A stretch of 15,952 nucleotides of DNA from Utricularia gibba. Lineage: Eukaryota > Plantae > Magnoliophyta. The translations under genes and the position numbers were made by a program. Numbering within the stretch: position 1 is the first letter of the stretch; every line of letters begins with the position of its first letter. Shown here in pieces: positions 1 through 9,397 of the stretch. Below the pieces are notes generated by a model. That model worked only from the letters and a program-made list of their open reading frames with translations. It had not been told where the DNA came from and searched no databases. The stretch is taken from contig NEEC01000440.1 in NCBI GenBank assembly GCA_002189035.1, positions 1 to 15,952 of the forward strand, written 5' to 3'.

Positions 1-3000
1 AAACCATGTAGGCAGCCAATTAAAACCCAACGTTAAAAATGCATCAAGTTTTTTGCCGAGCTACAAATGACTATGGGCCCGAGCTCGACTCGACCCCTTC
101 TCGATACCGTTGCCCCACGAGAGCGCCTCCTCAGATATAAAGCATGCGGTTGAGAAAACCATTTTGGGTGCTTATGACATCCTAACTTCAATAAGTGCAT
201 CACGAATTTCGTCGAGTAGGACCCGATGTGGAAAAAGGAGTCAGACCGAACCTTGGGTCAGAACCAAGTTCACAACGACATCACCCGCCCAAAAACGACA
301 AGCTTTTCCTTGAGAAACCATGTAGGCAGCCAATTAAAACCCAACGTTAAGAAATGCATCAAGTTTTTTGCCGAGCCACAAATGACTATGGGCCCGAGCT
401 CGACTCGACCACCTGCTCGATACCGTTGCCCCACGAGAGCGCCTTATCAAATATAAAGCATGCGGTTGAGAAAACCATTTTGGGTGCTCATGACATCCTA
501 ACTTCAATAAGTGCATCACGATTTTCGTCGAGTAGGACCCGATGTGGCAAAGGAGTCAGACCGAACCTTGGGTCAGAACGAAGTTCACAACGACATCACC
601 CGCCCAAAAACGACAAGCTTTTCCTTGAAAAACCATGTAGGCAGCCAATTAAAACCCAACGTTAAGAAATGCATCAAGTTTTTTGCCGAGCTACAAATGA
701 CTATGGGCCCGAGCTCGACTCGACCTCCTTCTCGATACCGTTGCCCCACGAGAGCGCCTCCTCAGATATAAAGCATGCGGTTGAGAAAACCATTTTGGTG
801 CTCATGACATCCTAACTTCAATAAGTGCATCACGATTTTCGTCGAGTAGGACCCGATGTGGCAAAGGAGTCAGACCGAACCTTGGGTCAGAACGAAGTTC
901 ACAACGACATCACCCGCCCAAAAACGACAAGCTTTTCCTTGAGAAACCATGTAGGCAGCCAATTAAAACCCAACGTTAAGAAATGCATCAAGTTTTTTGC
1001 CGAGCTACAAATGACTATGGGCCCGAGCTCGACTCGACCTCCTTCTCGATACCGTTGCCCCACGAGAGCGCCTCCTCAGATATAAAGCATGCGGTTGAGA
1101 AAACCATTTTGGGTGCTTATGACATCCTAACTTCAATAAGTGCATCACGATTTTCGTCGAGTAGGACCCGATGTGGCAAAGGAGTCAGACCGAACCTTGG
1201 GTCAGAACGAAGTTCACAACGACATCACCCGCCAAAAACGACAAGCTTTTCCTTGAGAAACCATGTAGGCAGCCAATTAAAACCCAACGTTAAAATGCAT
1301 CAAGTTTTTGCCGAGCACAAATGACTATGGGCCCGAGCTCGACTCGACCTCCTTCTCGATACCGTTGCCCCACGAGAGCGCCTCCTCAGATATAAAGCAT
1401 GCGGTTGAGAAAACCATTTTGGGTGCTCATGACATCCTAACTTCAATAAGTGCATCACGATTTCGTCGAGTAGGACCGATGTGGCAAAGGAGTCAGACCG
1501 AACCTTGGGTCAGAACGAAGTTCACAACGACATCACCCGCCCAAAAACGACAAGCTTTTCCTTGAGAAACCATGTAGGCAGCCAATTAAAACCCAACGTT
1601 AAGAAATGCATCAAGTTTTTTGCCGAGCTACAAATGACTATGGGCCCGAGCTCGACTCGACCTCCTTCTCGATACCGTTGCCCACAGAGCGCCTCCTCAG
1701 ATATAAAGCATGCGGTTGAGAAAACCATTTTGGGTGCTATGACATCCTAACTTCAATAAGTGCATCACGATTTTCGTCGAGTAGGACCCGATGTGGCAAA
1801 GGAGTCAGACCGAACCTTGGGTCAGAACGAAGTTCACAACGACATCACCCGCCCAAAAACGACAAGCTTTTCCTTGAGAAACCATGTAGGCAGCCAATTA
1901 AAACCCAACGTTAAGAAATGCATCAAGTTTTTTGCCGAGCTACAAATGACTATGGGCCCGAGCTCGACTCGACCACCTGCTCGATACCGTTGCCCCACGA
2001 GAGCGCCTTATCAATATAAAGCATGCGGTTGAGAAAACCATTTTGGGTGCTTATGACATCCTAACTTCAATAAGTGCATCACGATTTTCGTCGAGTAGGA
2101 CCCGATGTGGAAAAAGGAGTCAGACCGAACCTTGGGTCAGAACGAAGTTCACAACGACATCACCCGCCCAAAAACGACAAGCTTTTCCTTGAGAAACCAT
2201 GTAGGCAGCCAATTAAAACCCAACGTTAAGAAATGCATCAAGTTTTTTGCCGAGCTACAAATGACTATGGGCCCGAGCTCGACTCGACCTCCTTCTCGAT
2301 ACCGTTGCCCCACGAGAGCGCCTCCTCAGATATAAAGCATGCGGTTGAGAAAACCATTTTGGGTGCTATGACATCCTAACTTCAATAAGTGCATCACGAT
2401 TTTCGTCGAGTAGGACCCGATGTGGAAAAGGAGTCAGACCGAACCTTGGGTCAGAACGAAGTTCACAACGACATCACCCGCCCAAAAACGACAAGCTTTT
2501 CCTTGAGAAACCATGTAGGCAGCCAATTAAAACCCAACGTTAAGAAATGCATCAAGTTTTTTGCCGAGCCACAAATGACTATGGGCCCGAGCTCGACTCG
2601 ACCCTGCTCGATACCGTTGCCCCACGAGAGCGCCTTATCAATATAAAGCATGCGGTTGAGAAAACCATTTTGGGTGCTCATGACATCCTAACTTCAATAA
2701 GTGCATCACGATTTTCGTCGAGTAGACCCGATGTGGAAAAAGAGTCAGACCGAACCTTGGGTCAGAACGAAGTTCACAACGACATCACCCGCCCAAAAAC
2801 GACAAGCTTTTCCTTGAGAAACCATGTAGGCAGCCAATTAAAACCCAACGTTAAGAAATGCATCAAGTTTTTTGCCGAGCTACAAATGACTATGGGCCCG
2901 AGCTCGACTCGACCTCCTTCTCGATACCGTTGCCCCACGAGAGCGCCTCCTCAGATATAAAGCATGCGGTTGAGAAAACCATTTTGGGTGTATGACATCC

Positions 3001-6000
3001 TAACTTCAATAAGTGCATCACGATTTTCGTCGAGTAGGACCCGATGTGGCAAAGGAGTCAGACCGAACCTTGGGTCAGAACGAAGTTCACAACGACATCA
3101 CCGCCCAAAAACGACAAGCTTTTCCTTGAGAAACCATGTAGGCAGCCAATTAAAACCCAACGTTAAGAAATGCATCAAGTTTTTTGCCGAGCCACAAATG
3201 ACTATGGGCCCGAGCTCGACTCGACCTCCTTGCTCGATACCGTTGCCCCACGAGAGCGCCTTATCAAATATAAAGCATGCGGTTGAGAAAACCATTTTGG
3301 GTGCTCATGACATCCTAACTTCAATAAGTGCATCACGATTTTCGTCGAGTAGGACCCGATGTGGAAAAGGAGTCAGACCGAACCTTGGGTCAGAACGAAG
3401 TCACAACGACATCACCCGCCCAAAAACGACAAGCTTTTCCTTGAGAAACCATGTAGCAGCCAATTAAAACCCAACGTTAAGAAATGCATCAAGTTTTTTG
3501 CCGAGCCACAAATGACTATGGGCCCGAGCTCGACTCGACCTCCTTCTCGATACCGTTGCCCCACGAGAGCGCCTCCTCAGATATAAAGCATGCGGTTGAG
3601 AAAACCATTTTGGGTGCTTATGACATCCTAACTTCAATAAGTGCATCACGATTTTCGTCGAGTAGGACCCGATGTGGCAAAGGAGTCAGACCGAACCTTG
3701 GGTCAGAACGAAGTTCACAACGACATCACCGCCCAAAAACGACAAGCTTTTCCTTGAGAAACCATGTAGGCAGCCAATTAAAACCCAACGTTAAAAATGC
3801 ATCAAGTTTTTTGCCGAGCTACAAATGACTATGGGCCCGAGCTCGACTCGACCTCCTTCTCGATACCGTTGCCCCACGAGAGCGCCTCCTCAGATATAAA
3901 GCATGCGGTTGAGAAAACCATTTTGGGTGCTTATGACATCCTAACTTCAATAAGTGCATCACGATTTTCGTCGAGTAGGACCCGATGTGGAAAAAGGAGT
4001 CAGACCGAACCTTGGGTCAGAACGAAGTTCACAACGACATCACCCGCCCAAAAACGACAAGCTTTTCCTTGAGAAACCATGTAGGCAGCCAATTAAAACC
4101 CAACGTTAAGAAATGCATCAAGTTTTTTGCCGAGCCACAAATGACTATGGGCCCGAGCTCGACTCGACCTCCTCTCGATACCGTTGCCCACGAGAGCGCC
4201 TCCTCAGATATAAAGCATGCGGTTGAGAAAACCATTTTGGGTGCTCATGACATCCTAACTTCAATAAGTGCATCACGATTTCGTCGAGTAGGACCCGATG
4301 TGGCAAAGGAGTCAGACCGAACCTTGGGTCAGAACGAAGTTCACAACGACATCACCCGCCCAAAAACGACAAGCTTTTCCTTGAGAAACCATGTAGGCAG
4401 CCAATTAAAACCCAACGTTAAGAAATGCATCAAGTTTTTTGCCGAGCTACAAATGACTATGGGCCCGAGCTCGACTCGACCTCCTCTCGATACCGTTGCC
4501 CCACGAGAGCGCCTCCTCAGATATAAAGCATGCGGTTGAGAAAACCATTTTGGGTGCTTATGACATCCTAACTTCAATAAGTGCATCACGATTTTCGTCG
4601 AGTAGGACCCGATGTGGCAAAGGAGTCAGACCGAACCTTGGGTCAGAACGAAGTTCACAACGACATCACCCGCCCAAAAACGACAAGCTTTTCCTTGAGA
4701 AACCATGTAGGCAGCCAATTAAAACCCAACGTTAAGAAATGCATCAAGTTTTTTGCCGAGCCACAAATGACTATGGGCCCGAGCTCGACTCGACCACCTG
4801 CTCGATACCGTTGCCCACGAGAGCGCCTTATCAATATAAAGCATGCGGTTGAGAAAACCATTTTGGGTGCTCATGACATCCTAACTTCAATAAGTGCATC
4901 ACGATTTTCGTCGAGTAGGACCCGATGTGGCAAAGGAGTCAGACCGAACCTTGGGTCAGAACGAAGTTCACAACGACATCACCCGCCCAAAAACGACAAG
5001 CTTTTCCTTGAGAAACCATGTAGGCAGCCAATTAAAACCCAACGTTAAGAAATGCATCAAGTTTTTTGCCGAGCCACAAATGACTATGGGCCCGAGCTCG
5101 ACTCGACCTCCTCTCGATACCGTTGCCCCACGAGAGCGCCTTATCAAATATAAAGCATGCGGTTGAGAAAACCATTTTGGGTGCTCATGACATCCTAACT
5201 TCAATAAGTGCATCACGATTTTCGTCGAGTAGGACCCGATGTGGCAAAGGAGTCAGACCGAACCTTGGGTCAGAACGAAGTTCACAACGACATCACCCGC
5301 CCAAAAACGACAAGCTTTTCCTTGAAAACCATGTAGGCAGCCAATTAAAACCCAACGTTAAGAAATGCATCAAGTTTTTTGCCGAGCTACAAATGACTAT
5401 GGGCCCGAGCTCGACTCGACCTCCTTCTCGATACCGTTGCCCCACGAGAGCGCCTCCTCAATATAAAGCATGCGGTTGAGAAAACCATTTTGGGTGCTAT
5501 GACATCCTAACTTCAATAAGTGCACGATTTTCGTCGAGTAGGACCCGATGTGGCAAAGGAGTCAGACCGAACCTTGGGTCAGAACGAAGTTCACAACGAC
5601 ATCACCCGCCCAAAAACGACAAGCTTTTCCTTGAGAAACCATGTAGGCAGCCAATTAAAACCCAACGTTAAGAAATGCATCAAGTTTTTTGCCGAGCACA
5701 AATGACTATGGGCCCGAGCTCGACTCGACCTCCTTCTCGATACCGTTGCCCCACGAGAGCGCCTCCTCAGATATAAAGCATGCGGTTGAGAAAACCATTT
5801 TTGGGTGCTATGACATCCTAACTTCAATAAGTGCATCACGATTTTCGTCGAGTAGGACCCGATGTGGAAAAAGGAGTCAGACCGAACCTTGGGTCAGAAC
5901 GAAGTTCACAACGACATCACCCGCCCAAAAACGACAAGCTTTTCCTTGAGAAACCATGTAGGCAGCCAATTAAAACCCAACGTTAAGAAATGCATCAGTT

Positions 6001-8449
6001 TTTTGCCGAGCACAAATGACTATGGGCCCGAGCTCGACTCGACCTCCTTCTCGATACCGTTGCCCCACGAGAGCGCCTCCTCAATATAAAGCATGCGGTT
6101 GAGAAAACCATTTTGGGTGCTATGACATCCTAACTTCAATAAGTGCATCACGATTTTCGTCGAGTAGGACCCGATGTGGAAAAAGGAGTCACCGAACCTT
6201 GGGTCAGAACGAAGTTCACAACGACATCACCCGCCCAAAAACGACAAGCTTTTCCTTGAGAAACCATGTAGGCAGCCAATTAAAACCCAACGTTAAGAAA
6301 TGCATCAAGTTTTTTGCCGAGCTACAAATGACTATGGGCCCGAGCTCGACTCGACCTCCTCTCGATACCGTTGCCCCACGAGAGCGCCTCCTCAATATAA
6401 AGCATGCGGTTGAGAAAACCATTTTGGGTGCTCATGACATCCTAACTTCAATAAGCATCACGATTTTCGTCGAGTAGGACCCGATGTGGAAAAAGGAGTC
6501 AGACCGAACCTTGGGTCAGAACGAAGTTCACAACGACATCACCCGCCAAAAACGACAAGCTTTTCCTTGAGAAACCATGGCAGCCAATTAAAACCCAACG
6601 TTAAGAAATGCATCAAGTTTTTTGCCGAGCTACAAATGACTATGGGCCCGAGCTCGACTCGACCTCCTTCTCGATACCGTTGCCCCACGAGAGCGCCTCC
6701 TCAGATATAAGCATGCGGTTGAGAAAACCATTTTGGTGCTTATGACATCCTAACTTCAATAAGTGCATCACGATTTTCGTCGAGTAGGACCCGATGTGGC
6801 AAAGGAGTCAGACCGAACCTTGGGTCAGAACGAAGTTCACAACGACATCACCCGCCCAAAAACGACAAGCTTTTCCTTGAGAAACCATGTAGGCAGCCAA
6901 TTAAAACCCAACGTTAAGAAATGCATCAAGTTTTTTGCCGAGCCACAAATGACTATGGGCCCGAGCTCGACTCGACCTCCTTCTCGATACCGTTGCCCCA
7001 CGAGAGCGCCTTATCAATATAAAGCATGCGGTTGAGAAAACCATTTTGGGTGCTATGACATCCTAACTTCAATAAGTGCATCACGATTTTCGTCGAGTAG
7101 GACCCGATGTGGAAAAAGGAGTCAGACCGAACCTTGGGTCAGAACGAAGTTCACAACGACATCACCCGCCCAAAAACGACAAGCTTTTCCTTGAGAAACC
7201 ATGTAGGCAGCCAATTAAAACCCAACGTTAAGAAATGCATCAAGTTTTTGCCGAGCACAAATGACTATGGGCCCGAGCTCGACTCGACCTCCTTCTCGAT
7301 ACCGTTGCCCCACGAGAGCGCCTCCTCAGATATAAAGCATGCGGTTGAGAAAACCATTTTGGGTGCTTATGACATCCTAACTTCAATAAGTGCATCACGA
7401 TTTTCGTCGAGTAGGACCCGATGTGGAAAAAGGAGTCAGACCGAACCTTGGGTCAGAACGAAGTTCACAACGACATCACCCGCCCAAAAACGACAAGCTT
7501 TTCCTTGAGAAACCATGTAGGCAGCCAATTAAAACCCAACGTTAAGAAATGCATCAAGTTTTTTGCCGAGCCACAAATGACTATGGGCCCGAGCTCGACT
7601 CGACCTCCTCTCGATACCGTTGCCCACGAGAGCGCCTTATCAAATATAAAGCATGCGGTTGAGAAAACCATTTTGGGTGCTCATGACATCCTAACTTCAA
7701 TAAGTGCATCACGATTTTCGTCGAGTAGGACCCGATGTGGCAAAGGAGTCAGACCGAACCTTGGGTCAGAACGAAGTTCACAACGACATCACCCGCCCAA
7801 AAACGACAAGCTTTTCCTTGAGAAACCATGTAGGCAGCCAATTAAAACCCAACGTTAAGAAATGCATCAAGTTTTTTGCCGAGCTACAAATGACTATGGG
7901 CCCGAGCTCGACTCGACCTCCTCTCGATACCGTTGCCCCACGAGAGCGCCTCCTCAGATATAAAGCATGCGGTTGAGAAAACCATTTTGGTGCTCATGAC
8001 ATCCTAACTTCAATAAGTGCATCACGATTTTCGTCGAGTAGGACCCGATGTGGAAAAAGGAGTCAGACCGAACCTTGGGTCAGAACGAAGTTCACAACGA
8101 CATCACCCGCCCAAAAACGACAAGCTTTTCCTTGAGAAACCATGTAGGCAGCCAATTAAAACCCAACGTTAAGAAATGCATCAAGTTTTTTGCCGAGCAC
8201 AAATGACTATGGGCCCGAGCTCGACTCGACCTCCTTCTCGATACCGTTGCCCCACGAGAGCGCCTCCTCAGATATAAAGCATGCGGTTGAGAAAACCATT
8301 TTGGGTGCTATGACATCCTAACTTCAATAAGTGCATCACGATTTTCGTCGAGTAGGACCCGATGTGGCAAAGGAGTCAGACCGAACCTTGGGTCAGAACG
8401 AAGTTCACAACGACATCACCCGCCCAAAAACGACAAGCTTTTCCTTGAG

Positions 8450-8765
8450 AAACCATGTAGGCAGCCAATTAAAACCCAACGTTAAGAAATGCATCAAGTT
8501 TTTTGCCGAGCTACAAATGACTATGGGCCCGAGCTCGACTCGACCTCCTTCTCGATACCGTTGCCCCACGAGAGCGCCTCCTCAGATATAAAGCATGCGG
8601 TTGAGAAAACCATTTTGGGTGCTTATGACATCCTAACTTCAATAAGTGCATCACGATTTTCGTCGAGTAGGACCCGATGTGGAAAAAGGAGTCAGACCGA
8701 ACCTTGGGTCAGAACGAAGTTCACAACGACATCACCCGCCCAAAAACGACAAGCTTTTCCTTGAG
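8450..8765 (+). repeat. Reference monomer, haplotype A (316 bp)
   Basis: Indel-free copy with GAGCTAC, CGACCTCCTTCTCG, GCGCCTCCTCAGATA, GTGCTTATG and GTGGAAAAAGG. The same allele combination occurs in the copies starting at 3759, 8766 and 13147, apart from sporadic differences. Confidence 0.9.
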
Positions 8766-9077
8766 AAACCATGTAGGCAGCCAATTAAAACCCAACGTTA
8801 AGAAATGCATCAAGTTTTTTGCCGAGCTACAAATGACTATGGGCCCGAGCTCGACTCGACCTCCTTCTCGATACCGTTGCCCCACGAGAGCGCCTCCTCA
8901 GATATAAAGCATGCGGTTGAGAAAACCATTTTGGGTGCTTATGACATCCTAACTTCAATAAGTGCATCACGATTTTCGTCGAGTAGGACCCGATGTGGAA
9001 AAAGGAGTCAGACCGAAACCTTGGGTCAGAACGAAGTTCACAACGACATCACCCGCCCAAAAACGACAAGCTTTTCC

Positions 9078-9233
9078 TTGAGAAACCATGTAGGCAGCCA
9101 ATTAAAACCCAACGTTAAGAAATGCATCAAGTTTTTTGCCGAGCCACAAATGACTATGGGCCCGAGCTCGACTCGACCACCTGCTCGATACCGTTGCCCC
9201 ACGAGAGCGCCTTATCAAATATAAAGCATGCGG
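9078..9233 (+). repeat. Internal subunit alpha (156 bp) of the monomer, exemplar
   Basis: Begins TTGAGAAACCATGTAGG and aligns to subunit beta at 48/67 positions over the first 67 columns with one gap (hand alignment). Confidence 0.85.
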
Positions 9234-9397
9234 TTGAGAAAACCATTTTGGGTGCTCATGACATCCTAACTTCAATAAGTGCATCACGATTTTCGTCGAG
9301 TAGGACCCGATGTGGCAAAGGAGTCAGACCGAACCTTGGGTCAGAACGAAGTTCACAACGACATCACCCGCCCAAAAACGACAAGCTTTTCCTTGAG
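9083..9397 (+). repeat. Reference monomer, haplotype B (315 bp)
   Basis: Indel-free copy with GAGCCAC, CGACCACCTGCTCG, GCGCCTTATCAAATA, GTGCTCATG and GTGGCAAAGG. The same combination occurs in the copies starting at 315 and 4700. It differs from A at monomer positions 63, 97, 101, 131, 132, 136, 175 and 234, plus a 1-bp indel. Confidence 0.9.
9234..9392 (+). repeat. Internal subunit beta (159 bp) of the monomer, exemplar
   Basis: Begins TTGAGAAAACCATTTTGG. It is colinear with alpha (AAGAAATGCATCAAGTTTTTTGCCGAG vs AATAAGTGCATCACGATTTTCGTCGAG), and both subunits end in AAGC plus 6 nt before the next TTGAG. Confidence 0.85.

Noticed and set aside
8470-8477. Telomere-like words (TAAAACCC, TTTTGGG, CCTAA)
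   Set aside because: These are single isolated 5-8-mers, never tandem, and not conserved between the two subunits, so they are compatible with chance.
8525-8545. Polylinker-like cluster GGGCCCGAGCTCGACTCGAC and 6-7 six-base palindromes per monomer (possible synthetic construct)
   Set aside because: About 5 six-base palindromes are expected by chance in 315 bp. There is no vector, adapter or marker sequence, and the diverged dimer structure indicates natural evolution.
8481-8567. 5S rDNA unit: patchy colinear words (GTTAAG, CGAG, ACTA, TGGG, GACCTCCT, CTCG, GTTGC, CCC) recalling the 3' half of plant 5S rRNA in a 5S-sized repeat
   Set aside because: The alignment needs several gaps, the 5S 5' end (GGATGCGATCATACC) is absent, and there is no T-run terminator after the CCCC. 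The region also aligns better to the other subunit. An Infernal search with RF00001 would settle it, and I expect no hit.
8579-8585. Minus-strand CTGAGGA, matching the hammerhead core CUGANGA
   Set aside because: It is present only in A-type copies, no stem II follows it, and the nearest downstream GAAA on that strand is well over 100 nt away. No hammerhead fold is supportable.
8610-8618. CCATTTTGG, shared with the dinoflagellate spliced leader (CCGTAGCCATTTTGGCTCAAG)
   Set aside because: Only 9 nt match, the flanks disagree, and the word sits within the alpha/beta homology (CCATGTAGG vs CCATTTTGG).
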